Source: Rebecca billardiae RCC1528 (lineage: Eukaryota > Protista > Haptophyta). Taken from it: DNA of 64,000 nt. Below the pieces are notes generated by a model. That model was not told where the DNA came from. It ran no database searches and was given only the letters and a program-made list of their open reading frames with translations. Location: contig OZ251231.1 of assembly GCA_965240325.2 (NCBI GenBank), forward strand, positions 1,674,001-1,738,000, given 5' to 3'. The translations under genes and the position numbers were made by a program. Of the stretch, positions 19,519 to 31,604 are shown one piece after another; the stretch's first letter is position 1; the number at the start of each line of letters is the position of its first letter.

Positions 19519-22176
19519 TCATCGTGATTCATCGTCGCCTGCCGCCACCGCTGTGTGGCTCGTGAGCGAGCCAACAACGGCTGCGCGGAAGAGGCGCACG
19601 GCGCCCGGCTGGCCGGGCCCGCACCAGCCCCCCACCTGCGTGGACGTGCCCATCGCCGACGCTGGCGGGGCGTCTGGGCTCGCCTGCCTGCCGAGCTGGC
19701 CGCTGACGTTCTCGCCCCACGACCAGACGGCGCCCGACCGCGCCTTGGCGAGCGTGAAGGCTGTGCCCGCGGCGATCTCGACGATCTCGGGATCGCAGCC
19801 CTCCAGGTGGCAGGGGCGGCCGATGAGCGCGGTGTGCCCGAGCTGCCCGCAGTCGTTGTCGCCAAACGTGACCACGCGGCCACGCTCGTCCAGCGCGACC
19901 GTGTGGAACCCGCCCGCGGCGACGGCGACGACGCGCAAGTCTGCGAACCATTCGCGCCCGACGCGGTGTGCGCGGGCCACGTGATCGGCGGTGATCTCCG
20001 GGCCGCACTGGCCGTGGGTGTTGCCGCCCCACGTGTATAGCTCGCCCGAGCACGAGAGCGCGACAGCGTGCAGCGTGCCCACGCTCACGGCGCGCATGCC
20101 GCACGGGAGCGACGGCGCACGGCGGCACATTGCGAACACGGCCGCCGCCGCGTCGTCCGTGCCGCCGCGCGCCGCGGCGGCAGAGGCCGCCTCGGCAAAA
20201 GCGACCGGGGTGTTCGCACGCCAGACGCCGTCCGTCACCTCGTGCAGCGGCCGCTGCCGCAGCTCGAGGACGTCGCCGCCGCGCGTGAGCACGAGCGCGG
20301 TGTCGCGCCGCGCCGCGACGTCCACAAAGGTGCCGGTCCCCACGTCGGGGCAGGCCTGCCGCGCAGGCCCAGGCGCGCTGGCGGCGCGGCTGTCGGCCGC
20401 GTCGCCGCCGCCGGCTTCGGCCGTGGCAGGCGCGCCGCTCGCCTCGACCGCGGGCGCGTCGTCGGTGACTGCGGCGCTCGGGGCGTGCGTCCAGGGCGCC
20501 ATGCGCCTGAGCTCGCGCTCGAGATAGGCGCCCATCGGCCACGGCCCGCCGCGCGCCGTGCACAGCCACAGGTTGCCACGCGCCTCCGCCGTGCACGCCA
20601 GCACAAAGTTGGGCGTGAGCGCCAGCCGAGTCACCCTCGCCGAGAGCGGCAGGTAGCACGGCGGGCCTCGGTTCGCGAGCACCCCCGGCGCGTTGCGATT
20701 GGTGAGGTCAGCGCCCCACTGCACGGCGCGTCCCGAGGCCAGCACCCAGGCGGAGTTGAGCCCGCTCGCCACGACGCACGTCACGTCCGCGTCCGACTCG
20801 CGCCGCGGCCACGCGCCGACGACGTCGATCTTGTCCGCTGGGCGCGTCGCGGCGCCACCGAGCGCCGTCGTCCGCGCACGCGACGGCCATGGCCAGGCGG
20901 GCAGCGGCCTCCGTGGCAGGAAGAAGCCTGCGGGCGCGGTGCCGCTGACCCTCTGCGCGCACACGTAGCCCGTGAGCTCTCCGTGCATGTCGCACCCCGC
21001 AGCGAGCAGCCTGCTGCCGCCATGGCCGCGCCCGCCGCCGCCGCCATCGTCCCAGCCGCCGCCGTCCGCGTGGCCCAAGGCCAGGCAGTCTGCGCGCGGG
21101 TACCCGTGCTTGAGAGGAGAGGCGGCGGACGGGGCCGTGGGGCTGGCGGCGAGCGACGGCGAGAGCTCGCGCGCGAGCTCGGTCGTCAGCACGTCGCAGT
21201 GCACGCCCACGCGCACGGCCTGCCACGAGCCCTCCCAGCCGTGCCCCGCGCGAGCGCGGCCCACGAGCCGCGTGCCGAGGGCGCCACCGCCAGGCCCGGG
21301 CTCGAGGCAAAGTGCGAAGTGTCCCCGGCCAGCGGAGCCGAGCATGGTGTCCACCGCGCTGCCAACGTCCGCGTTCGCGCCGTCTGCGCCGTCCACTCCG
21401 CCGCCCGCCGCCGCGCCGCCGCCGCCGGAGCCCGAGTCCGCCGCTGCCTCGAGCGCCACTTCGAGCCAACTCCCCTCGAGGCAGATCCGGCCGGCCGCGT
21501 CGACCGAGACCGAGCCTTCCAGGTGGCCGCGGCCGTCGTGGTAGGTGCCCATCAGCGTGGGTCGGCCGCTGGGCTGCGCGGCCACGCCGAGCACGAGGCT
21601 GAGCACCGAGCCGTAGAAGGACTCGCGCCACTCGCCGCACAGCTCGTCGGCACAGCCCACCTCGGCCGAGCGCGCGCCGGTGCGCGCCGGAACGAGCGCG
21701 CGCTCGTCGACGCCTGCGCGCGCAGGGGGCACCCAGCGCTGCAGCATGAGCGCGTGGCGGTGCCCCGCCGCGATCGTGGCCGCGCGGCCGAGCACCACCT
21801 TCTCGACGTAGCGCAGCCGGCTGGTCCACCTGCCCGGGCCGAGCCCTTCGCCAGCCTCGGCATCGAGCGACCACCAGTCGCGCACGTGCGCAAGGGCGAG
21901 CTGCTTGGCGCGCCTCTCGGTGGACGCGCCCTTCCAGAAGCACGAACACGTGCGCTCCAGCGCGATCAGGTCCGCCGCGCGCCACAGGTGCTCGAGGATG
22001 CGCATCATCACGTCGTCGGCCGCGAGGTCGAGGAGGAGGCACGCGCTCGTCGTGGGCGTGCGCGGCTCGCGCGCATCAAGCCGTGCGAGACAGGGTAGGA
22101 GCGGCTCGCATGGCTCGAGACGAGCGCTAGGGGGCGGTACAAGCCGCTTGGGAGCCGCGCTCTTGCCCCTCGGCAT
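19519..22176 (-). CDS. F-box-like + RCC1/BLIP-II repeat protein
   Basis: N-terminal LLDLAADDVMMRILEHL..LIALERTCSCF (F-box-like); RCC1 repeats VSVGTLHAVAL..LYTWGGNTHGQCG, VAAGGFHTVAL..VVTFGDNDCGQLG, IAAGTAFTLA..VWSWGENVSGQLG. Confidence 0.85.
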   Translation of the reverse strand: MPRGKSAAPKRLVPPPSARLEPCEPLLPCLARLDAREPRTPTTSACLLLDLAADDVMMRILEHLWRAADLIALERTCSCFWKGASTERRAKQLALAHVRDWWSLDAEAGEGLGPGRWTSRLRYVEKVVLGRAATIAAGHRHALMLQRWVPPARAGVDERALVPARTGARSAEVGCADELCGEWRESFYGSVLSLVLGVAAQPSGRPTLMGTYHDGRGHLEGSVSVDAAGRICLEGSWLEVALEAAADSGSGGGGAAAGGGVDGADGANADVGSAVDTMLGSAGRGHFALCLEPGPGGGALGTRLVGRARAGHGWEGSWQAVRVGVHCDVLTTELARELSPSLAASPTAPSAASPLKHGYPRADCLALGHADGGGWDDGGGGGRGHGGSRLLAAGCDMHGELTGYVCAQRVSGTAPAGFFLPRRPLPAWPWPSRARTTALGGAATRPADKIDVVGAWPRRESDADVTCVVASGLNSAWVLASGRAVQWGADLTNRNAPGVLANRGPPCYLPLSARVTRLALTPNFVLACTAEARGNLWLCTARGGPWPMGAYLERELRRMAPWTHAPSAAVTDDAPAVEASGAPATAEAGGGDAADSRAASAPGPARQACPDVGTGTFVDVAARRDTALVLTRGGDVLELRQRPLHEVTDGVWRANTPVAFAEAASAAAARGGTDDAAAAVFAMCRRAPSLPCGMRAVSVGTLHAVALSCSGELYTWGGNTHGQCGPEITADHVARAHRVGREWFADLRVVAVAAGGFHTVALDERGRVVTFGDNDCGQLGHTALIGRPCHLEGCDPEIVEIAAGTAFTLAKARSGAVWSWGENVSGQLGRQASPDAPPASAMGTSTQVGGWCGPGQPGAVRLFRAAVVGSLTSHTAVAAGDDESR

Positions 22177-22757
22177 CGCAGTGCGGGCGCGCGATCGGGC
22201 ACGTGCAGGTGAGTCCGTTGGCCTTCGAGCGCGCTCTCCAGCTCAGCTCGACGCGCTCCGACGAGCCGCGCGCGCCAGCTCCCTTGCGCCAGCCAAACGC
22301 TTGCGGGCAGCCGCGCGCTGAGCGCTTCGCACCGCGCTCGCTGGTGCCGCCGCCGGTGGATGATGCTCCATGCGCAGGACCGCGCCCTCGGTCGGCTGCG
22401 TACGAATTCTCCTCTTCCGCTGAGCAATCTAGTTACTTGCCCGATAGGAAAAATCGCCAGGCGGGTAAAAAGCCGCCAAAGCTCGTAATCAAACCTGTAG
22501 GCGTTCATTGGCAACTCCTTAAAAGACGAGAACCCCTCGGGAGGATCGGCCGAGAACCCAGTACTGTGTACCGCTTGACTGTGAGACCCATCAGCTGTCG
22601 AGTGGCACTGCTGCACACCTGCGACACCGGGACTTGACAGGGCGCCGACCGAGCAGCAGGCCGAGGCGCACCTCCCGGCGTCCGCCGCGCGCGCGCGAGC
22701 CGCCGTCGCCACCAGAGCGCACGGCGCCCGGCGCCACCCGGGCTGGGCAGCTGGACG

Positions 22758-25700
22758 ATGTCGGCCCAGACGACCCAGGAGCCCTCGGCCGACGTGCGCG
22801 ACCTCGTCAACCTCTCCACGCTCACCGACGAGACGATCCTCCGCACGCTGCGGCTGCGCTTCGCCGCGCACCGCTCGTGGACGTGGGTGGGGACGATCTG
22901 CGTCGCGGTGAACCCGTACCAGTGGTTCCCGCACCTCTACTCGCGCGATGCGATGCTCAAGTACCTCCACGCCGCGGACACGCACGCCGAGCTCCCGCCG
23001 CACGTGTTTGCGGTTGCTCGGCGCGCGCTCGACGCGCTCACGCAGACGGGCGAGTCGCAGTCGATCCTCGTGTCGGGCGAGTCGGGCGCGGGGAAGACCG
23101 AGTCGGTGAAGATCCAGATGCGCCTCCTCGCGTGCGCCGACGGCGAGCGGGGCGGCGGCCGCATGGCCGCGACCACCGCGCGCGTGCTGCAGACCAACCC
23201 GCTGCTCGAGGCGTTTGGCAACGCGCAGACGGTGCACAACGACAACTCGTCGCGCTTCGGCAAGTACATCCAGCTGCGGTACACGCGGCAGGCGGCGCAG
23301 TCGGGCGCGCACATCGCCACGTACCTCCTCGAGCGCTCGCGCGTCGTGCGCCAGACCGCGGGCGAGCGCAACTTCCACGTGTTCTACGCCGTCCTCGCCG
23401 GCTTTGGCGGCGAGCGGCGCGCGCGCGTGCCGCTGCCCGAGATGGGCGGCTGCGGCTACCTGCGCGGCGGCGGGCCGAAGGCGCTGGTGAACGCGGCGGA
23501 GCACGGGACGCAGGTGTGGGACGGCGTGGTCGACGCCTTCGAGGCGCTCGGCGTCGACGCGGACGAGCGCGACGCGCTCTTTGCCGCGGTGCTCGCCGTG
23601 CTCGCGCTCGGCCAGGTCGAGTTTGCGCCCGTCTCGGATGAGGCCGAGCGCGGCGGCGAGCGCTTCGCGCCGTCGGGGCAGGGCGTGCTCGAGACGGCGG
23701 CGGCGGCGCTCTCGGTGCCCGCGCCGCGGCTTGCCGCCGCGCTGTGCGAGCGCCGCGTCACCGCCGCCGACGGCGAGTTCACCGTGTACCTCGACGGCTC
23801 GCAGTGCGTGGCGGCGCGCGACGCGCTGGCCAAGGCTGTGTACGCGGCCGTCTTCACGTATGTGGTGCAGCGGTGCAACCAGGTGCTGCGCGGCAGCTCG
23901 GGCGCGGGCGGCGACGGCGCGGAGTGCTTCATCGGCATCCTCGACATCTTCGGCTTCGAGCGCTTCGAGCACAACTCCTTCGAGCAGCTCTGCATCAACT
24001 ACGCGAACGAGAAGCTGCAGTCGCAGTTTGTGCGGCACGTGCTCTTTGAGCAGCAGAAGGAATATGAGGCTGAGGGGATCCCGTGGGAGCGCGTGAGCTT
24101 CGCGGACAACAACGGGCCGGTGGAGCTGCTCGAGGCGCGGCGCGGCGGCGTGCTCGTCCTCCTCGACGAGGAGTGCGGCCTGCGCCAGGGCTCCGCCGCC
24201 GGGCTGCACACCAAGCTGCGCGCGGCGAACGAGGCGGCGCCGCCGGACGGGCGCGCGCCCGCGTTCAGCGTGCCGCGCACGCGCGCCGCGCGCGCGGGCA
24301 CGCACCTCTTCACGATCCAGCACTTCGCCGCGGACGTGACGTACGAGCTGGACGACGCGTTCCTCGCGAAGAACGCCGACGCGCTGCACGCCGACCTCTC
24401 GCACATGCTCTGCGCCTCGGAGGAGCCGCTGGTGACCGCGCTCTTCTCGGCCGAGGCGGCGGCCGCCTCCTCCGCCGCCGGCAGCGACGCGCTCGACGCG
24501 AACGGCGACGGCGCGGCGGGTTTCGGCTCGAACGCGGCGGCGCGGCGGCGCGCGACGGTGGCCGGCGCGTTCCGCCGCGGCCTCGCCGACCTGATCACCA
24601 CCGTCGACGCCACCGGACTCCACTACGTCCGGTGCATCAAGCCAAACGCCGTCGCGTCCGCCGCCGAATTCGACAACGATCTCTCGTCGCGACAGCTTGC
24701 GTACGCTGGCGTGCTCGCGGCGGTGCGGATCGCGCGCGCGGCGTACCCGGACCGGCTGGCGCACATGCACGCCGCCGAGCTGCTCGCGCCGCTCCTCGCC
24801 GCGCGCGGCCGCGCCGACCCGCTCGCCAAGCTGCGCGCCGAGGCGGGCGCGGCGCTCGAGGCCGCGCGCGCCGCGCGCTCCGCGCTCGCGCGCGAGGGCT
24901 CGCACCCGACGCCGCAGTCGCTGGACGTGTCGGCGAAGGCGTGGGCGCACGCGGCGAGCACGGCGCTCGCGCTCGGGCTGAAGGACGTGCAGCCCGCCGC
25001 GCGCGCCGCCCTCGCCGCCGCCGACGCCGGCTACTTCGTCGGTCGCACCAAGGTCTACCTGCGGGCAGGCGTGGTGCCGGCGCTGCAGGAGGCGCGTGGC
25101 GAGGCTCTGTACGAACGCGCGGCGCGGGCGCAGGCGGGCGCGCGGCGGTTCCTCGCGACGCGCCGGCTGCAGCGCGCGCGCGCCGCCGCCTCGCGCATCG
25201 GCGCCGCCGCGCGCGGCAGGCGGCAGCGCTTCCGCCTCCGCGCCGCGCGCAGCGCGGCGACGCGGCTCGCCGCGGTCGCGCGCGCGCGGCTCGCGCGCAC
25301 GCAGGCGGCGCGCGCCGCGGCGATGGCGCGTGAGATCCGGTGCGCGCGGCGGCTGCAGGCGGCGTGGCGCGGCCGGCTCGCGCGCGACGGCACGCTCGCG
25401 CGGCTCAGCGCCGCCGTCGCCATCCAGGCCGCGTGCCGCCGCGTGCTCGCGCGCAACGAGCGCGCGCGCCGCGCGGATGCTCGCGAGCGCGCGGCAGCGG
25501 AGGCGGCGCGCGCGGCCCAGCTCGTCGCACTGCTTGCCGACCACGAGACACTGCGCTCGCAGCTCGCGGCGGAGGCGGAGGCGCGCGCGCGCGCGGAGGC
25601 GGCCGCGGCGGAGGCCGAGACGCGCGCGGAGGCCGCGCGCCGCGCCGCCGAGGTCGCCGCCGCCGAGCCATCCGACGAGTCCCGCGCCGCGTCGGAGGCG

Positions 25701-26683
25701 GTGGCCGCCGCCGCCGCCGCCGCGTCCGCCTCCGCCGCGCTCCGCGACGAGATGGCCGCGCAGGCGCAGCGGCTGGAGGCGGAGGTGCAGGCGGAGCGCG
25801 CGCGCTCGGCCGAGCTCGCCGCCGCGCTGCAGGCCTCCGCCGCCGACCTCGCCGCCGCGCGCGCCGCCGAGGCCGCCGCGGAGGCGCGCGCGGCGCGGGC
25901 AGAGTCGGCGCGGCGCGAGGCGGCGCGCGGCGCGGAGGAGAAGGAGATGGCGACGCGAGTGGCGCACTCGCAGGCGCGCGCGAGCGCGAAGGCGGCGGCG
26001 GCGCAGGTCGAGCACTTCAAGGAGCGCGCGCAGCGCGCGGAGGTGTGCGCGTACAGCACGCGGCGCGCGCGCCCACGCGCGCCGCGCCGCGCCGCGCTGG
26101 CCGGGTGCGCCCGGACTCGGGCCGGACCGCCGTGCGTGGCGCGGCGCCGCTCACGCGGCCGTCGGCGCGCGCGCGCGCGCGCGCCCGCGCGCGCCCCGCA
26201 GGACAAGCTGCAGACCGAGCGCGGGGCGATGCAGCAGCGCGCACAGAGGGCCGAGCAGCGCGCCAAAGCGTCGGAGCGCGCCGCGGAGGCGGCGAGCGCG
26301 CAGCTCGCGCACGCGGCCGACACGGTCGAGCAGCTGAAGGCGCGGCTGGCGGAGGGGCACGAGGTGCTCAAGCGGACGCGCGAGGAGCTGCGCGCCGCGC
26401 GCGACGCCGCCGCCCTCGCGAGCGCGGCGGTCACCTCGCCGCTCAAGCGGATGGCCGCCGCCGAGGTGCCGCCGGAGGAGTCGGTTGATTTTGTCGAGCA
26501 GTACAGGTTGCGCGCGGCGCAGCACGCGCAGGGCGCGCACGGGGCGTCGGCACTCTCGCCGCGGCGCGGCGGCGCGCAGCAGCCGCTCGCGCCGCAGCCC
26601 GCGCCGCCGCCACCGCCGCCGCGCACCGCCGCAGCCGCAGCCGCCGCGCCCACGCCGGGCGCGGCCGGGCGCGAGCGCGGCGC

Positions 26684-26715
<32 letters not shown>

Positions 26716-28814
26716 CGATCACGGCCGAGGCCCTTGCGATGCTCAACGCGTACGGCTTCGACCGCGCGCAGATCAGGGCGGCGCTGGAGGCGCACGGCGG
26801 CAATGCGGACCGCGCGGTGGACTGGCTGCTGGCGGAGGCCGAGCGCGAGACGGCCGAGGCCGAGCGCCGTGCCGCCGCCGCGCGTCGGCAGCACCTCTCG
26901 CCGCGAGTGCCGCACGGCGGCGGGTTTGGCGCGGCACTCCCGCGCTCGCCGCGCGGCAGCCATGCTGGCGGCGGCGGGTACGGTCACCTGCGCGACAAGG
27001 ATCCGGCCGAGGGCGACGCGCTGATCAGGCGGCAGGACTCGCTGGACAACGGCCTGGCGCGGCCCGCGGCGGCGCTCCCCGCCGCCGACGGCAACAGGGG
27101 CTTCCTCTCCACCTTCGAGAGCGTGATGCGAGCGCCTACGCGCGGCGGCGGCGGCGCGGGCAGCGGCGCAAGGCAGCCACGGCTGTCGGGCAGCCAGCGC
27201 GGCGCCGTGCCGCCGCCGACGCACGCGCCCATGAGCCCGCTCGCGCCCGCGCGCGTCGCGGCCGCGGGCTCGGCGGGCGTTGGCGGCGGCGGCGGCGGCG
27301 GCGGCGTTGGCGGCGGCGGCGCACCCACCAGCGCCGCCAGGCCCGCCGCCAACGCCGTGGCGCCCGGCCCACTGCCGGCGAGCGGTGTGAGCCTCAACCT
27401 GCCCACGCCCGCGCTGCGGCCGCCGCCGCGCACGCCGCCGGCGTCCAAGTCGCCGCGGCCCGGGCGCGCCAGTGGCGGGCAGAGCCTCACATCGCCGGCG
27501 GCGGCGCTCGCCGCCGCCGCGCCGGAGAGCCAGCGCCGCGCCGCGTCTGCCGAGCGCATGCGGCCCGGAGCGCGCCCCGTGCCCACGGGCGCGGGCGCGA
27601 GCGGCGCGGCCGCGCCCACCGCGGCCGCGCCCACCGGCGGCGCGGCCGCGGCCGCGAGCGCGACGGCGCTGGGCCAGCTGAGCGCGCCGGAGCAGAAGCG
27701 CCTGGCGCAGGAGCTCGAGTCCGTGCGCGCCACCGTCGCGATGCTGGAGGAAGAGGACTTGAAGCGCGCGCTCAGCTCGAGGGGCGAGCCGGCCGCGCCC
27801 GCCGGCGCGACGCGTCAGGAGCTGCAGCGGCGGCTCTACGCGGCGATGGCGGCGGACGTGAAGAGGGAGGCGGCACAGCGCGCGGAGCGCGCCGCCGCGG
27901 CCGCCGCCGCGCCCTCGCAACAGCCGCAGCCGGCGGGCGGCACGCCGGGCAGGCCCGGCGCGGCCCGGCCCGGCCGCACGGGCGCGGCCGTCGCCGGCGC
28001 GGGCCGCAGCCTGATGGACGAACCGAACGGGCCGCAGGGCAGCGCCGCGGACGCGGTGACGGCGCAGCTCGCCGCCCCAGCCGTGCTGCAGCCCACCGCG
28101 CAGGCCGTGCAGGCCGCGCAGGCCGCTCGCGCCGCCGACGGCGCCAACGCGGCACGTGCGCCCGGAGGCGGGTTCGGCTTTTCAGACTCGTTTGCTCCCG
28201 GCGTCTGCGCCTCCGCGCCGCCGACCGCGTTCGATGCGCAGCGCGCGCAGAGCAGGCCGGGGGGCGGGGCGCCGGGCCCGTCGGCCGCCGGGCCTGGCGC
28301 GGCCGCCGGCGTGCCCAAGGCGAACTCGGCGCCCGCGCTGCCGCCCAACCCGTTCCAGGGCAGCGCGCAGCCGCCGCCCGTCGCGCCGCTCGGCGGCGCG
28401 CTGCCAGCAGGCATGTTCGGCTCAGCGCCCGCCATGCCGCCGCCTGGCATGGGTGGTGGCCTGTTCCAGCCGCCGCCGATGCTCACCGGGCCCGCGGCGG
28501 GCGGCGGCGGCGGCGGGCCGGCGCCGGGCGTGCGCGGGCCGCTGCCCGCCGGCGCGTTCACGCACCCGCGGATGGCTGCGCCGCCGCCGCCGCCGCCCGC
28601 TAAGCCCGCGACCACCGTGCCGCGTCCGGGCATGGGCCCGGCTGGGAGCAGCGCGCAGATGCACGCGGCGGCGAGGGCGGGGGCTGGCGCGGCCGCGGCA
28701 GCGGCGGCCGATCTGCCGGACGACCCGTTCAAGGACATTGGCGAGTTCACCAAGAGGCGCATGAGCGGCTCGCAGCCTGCGAACGACAGCCGTCGCAGCT
28801 CGTCTGGACAGTAG
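22758..28814 (+). CDS. Unconventional myosin heavy chain (motor, IQ motifs, coiled coil, UBA, Pro-rich tail)
   Basis: P-loop GESGAGKT, LEAFGNA, NDNSSRFGKY, DIFGFE, YVRCIKPN, GRTKVYL; several IQ-like repeats (LQAAWRGRLAR, IQAACRRVLAR). One in-frame intron at 26043-26201 (GTGTGC..CGCAG). Confidence 0.95.
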
Positions 28815-30433
28815 AACCGTAGAAGGCGGCCGCCGTGCTGTGATGCCCACCCGAGTCCCGACGACGAGTTTCAGTTCGTCGATCGACGAGCCACGACTGC
28901 ACCGTGCACGAGGCGACGCGCGCGGCGCGGCGGCGCGGACGCGGTGGCCAGTGACACTCCTGAACTTGGCGGCTGCACGTACAGTTTACTAAGAATAAGA
29001 GACGCACACAGCTCAGGCAGGCGAGAAATACTATGACCGCGTTCCGCGGTCCTTTTCCGTAGAACGAACGTAGTTCGGGGCCCGCGGTGGCGGTGCACCC
29101 TCCGTCGCAGTCGTCCCGTACGTTAGGGGGTCCAAGCCGCGGAATTTAAAATCGAAAATCGACTGCCCGATTTCGCGCTGAGCATTTCCGAACATTTTGG
29201 CCTCGAATTGCGGCAGCACGGCCGCGGCCGTTCAGAGCACGGTCGAGCCCGAGATCGGGCGAGCAGCACGCCTGGGCGGTGGACTTCATCGTCGCGTCGG
29301 CGCGGCGGAGCGCGCTCTGGCGTCAGAGGCGCGCGGGCGGGCGAGTCAGGGTGGCCACGATGGCAGCGTTCGGCCAAATGATCGCTGGCAGCTCGCTCTC
29401 ACCGGACATCTTGAACCCCACAGCCCCGCTCTGCGCGCCGTTCGAACTCTCATCCGGATGAGCGCGGACAACGCAGCCCCGGTTCCAGGTGAACCGTGCA
29501 CGCTGCGCCCTGGTTCCCTACTGGTTCCATCAGTTCATGAGGAGAATGAGTCAGCCCCCGACGCTTGGCCCGGTGCGTGCAGTGCTCACCTCCCCACGCG
29601 CTGCGCATGCACTCGCGCGATCGCTGGCCGCTCGTGCGCAAACGGGAGCGCGCGGCAGTCGTGGGTGGTAAGCAAGCTCGGCGACCCTGTGTACGTGCGG
29701 GGCCTGTCTTCCAGCCCACAGTAGTACCGCCAGAAGCTCCAGCCGGCACGCGTCGGCTTGTTTGTTGTGCCACTTGGCGTGCCGCTTGGCTGCATGCAGC
29801 AGCCGAGCTGCCCTGAGGCGAAGAGCGTGCACCTTGTCACGAACGTCAAGCTTGCTGCGGAGCAGACGCGCGCCGCCAAGCTGCGCTATGGCCGCTGCCA
29901 CATCTGTACACCGTGTCTTCGTCTCGGGAGTGCCGGCGCCACTGTTGGCGGCCGTCTTGGAGCAGCGCACGGACTGCATGGTGCTGGGGGCAGGCGTGCG
30001 CGCTGGGCGCGGCAGCTGAGGCAGAGAGCTCAACGTTCGCCACCGAGCAGCTCGCCGAGTCAGGGGTAACCTGGAGCAGCCTCGACTGCAAGCGCTGTAG
30101 CCGCAGCAGAGGTGGACCGGTGGCGGCCTCGCGTGGGCTGGTGTACGACGAACGGCGACGGTGCCGGTGACACCTGAGACCGGGCAAGGAAGCCGCCACA
30201 CATGGCGAGCTATCTGCGCACGCCAGCCTCGACGGCGGAGAGGCCTCTCATACGGGGATGGTGGCATGTTCAGTGGCGGAGTTGGCCGTGTGCCGCAGCA
30301 CGTGCAGCCCGCCACCGGCATCAGGCCCGCGTTCGCGGGCCGGCGCTCACTGATGTGAGTCCAGTGGCAGCATGAGCCGTCTCGGCGCCGCCGTACAGGC
30401 AATCGCGGGCAATAAGAAGTCAGAGATCTCACG

Positions 30434-30880
30434 GCTAGCCTCGGTTTCTTAGCCGTTCGGTAGCCCGAGCGCCTACGGAGTCTCAGTTTCTTAGCTAGGT
30501 CCGCCCGCCGCGCAGGCGCGGGGGGTGCAGGGGGGCAGAGCCCCCCGCTGAGTCTTTAGGCCCGGCCGGCGAGGCCGAAGAAAATTTTGGGCCTTTTTGG
30601 AGCAAATCTGGCATGATGTTGCATGGATGCTGCGGTGCACTGGCCAGGAGTCAGTCATCAGGAGAAGTCGGGACTTGGCCTGTACTCGTAGTCGGGCCGC
30701 GCGCCGGCGTCCCCGACGCGGGCCGACTGCGCCTCGCCCGCTCGGCGGACGACCACTCATCATCAGCCGGGACGACGTAGTCCCGGTTTCTTAGTGTGAC
30801 TATGCGTATAGCGAACCAGCCAATCGCTAGTCTCAGTTTCTAGGCCAGATCCGCAGATAGCAAGCCCCAGTTTCTTAACG
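30434..30880 (+). repeat. Five dispersed copies of an AGYCYCRGTTTCT(T)AR motif
   Basis: Copies at about 30437, 30479, 30779, 30829 and 30863. Confidence 0.7.
30495..30552 (-). mobile_element. Possible Helitron-like 3' end (GC hairpins followed by CTAG)
   Basis: Minus strand has a G-run/CTCTG/C-run hairpin, then CCCGCGCCTGCGCGGCGGG, then CGGACCTAG; no 5' end or RepHel ORF seen. Confidence 0.3.
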
Positions 30881-31604
30881 TGACAGCTCCTTATTGCCCG
30901 CGATTGCCTGTATTCCGTATTCGGGTGACCCAGCAAATAGTGAGAAAGGTACCCATGTATAGGCACGTACTTGAATACATATTATAAAAGTAACCACATT
31001 TGATATACAGTGGGTAAACCTGCTCCTATATGCGGGTACATTCCTATAATTAAATGGGTAATGTGCTCGATCTTGGAGTAGTTTTTCATGGACGTCTACG
31101 CGCACAGCATAGTGCCCCACTTTTTCGGTATTTTCACCATAAAATCCTTCGGATAGGGGGCAGCGCTTGTCAATAAGTAAGTCCGACCGCGTATCGTCAT
31201 CTAGCTGCAATGACAAGTAGGTAACATTCGGCTGAATCTCTATGTGACACAGCGGGCGCCGCTGCGCGCGCGCACGACCGCGCGACGACACGCGGAGTCG
31301 GTTTTTAGTGCTTCTGACGGCTGGGCTGGGCTGTGGGACATATTTGAGGGTGACTCCGCAAGCGGCACGCTCAGCAGACGCCTACATGCCATGGTTGTCA
31401 AATATCACAAATCAGTGGGCTGCTGGCTTGGACCCCCTACGTACGTAACTAGACTCCATCATCCAGCGGCGCGCCGCCCAGCGCCGCGCCGCCGCCGGCC
31501 CGGCCCGGGCCGGCCGGGCGCGGGCGCGTCGGCGGCTGGCGTGCGCCGAGTGTGGATGTCGGTCGTCGGCCGAGCTGCCCTCATCACAGACGGCCCTTAC
31601 CTGA

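Larger units (their letters stand above)
29124..31439. mobile_element. Non-autonomous DNA transposon with TAGGG termini (hAT/P-like) and 7-bp TSD
   Basis: Perfect 15-bp TIR TAGGGGGTCCAAGCC (29124-29138 / 31425-31439); direct repeat CGTACGT on both sides (29117-29123, 31440-31446). Confidence 0.8.

Noticed and set aside
22008-26015. 1335-aa minus-strand ORF and many similar long Arg/Ala/Gly-rich ORFs (e.g. 20068-22098, 45656-47788, 57503-59719)
   Set aside because: Shadow frames of real genes; stop codons are rare at this GC content and the translations have no domain motifs.
30875-31291. 138-aa ORF in a low-GC block as a possible viral gene
   Set aside because: No recognisable motif, start lies in flanking GC-rich sequence, and the length is compatible with chance.
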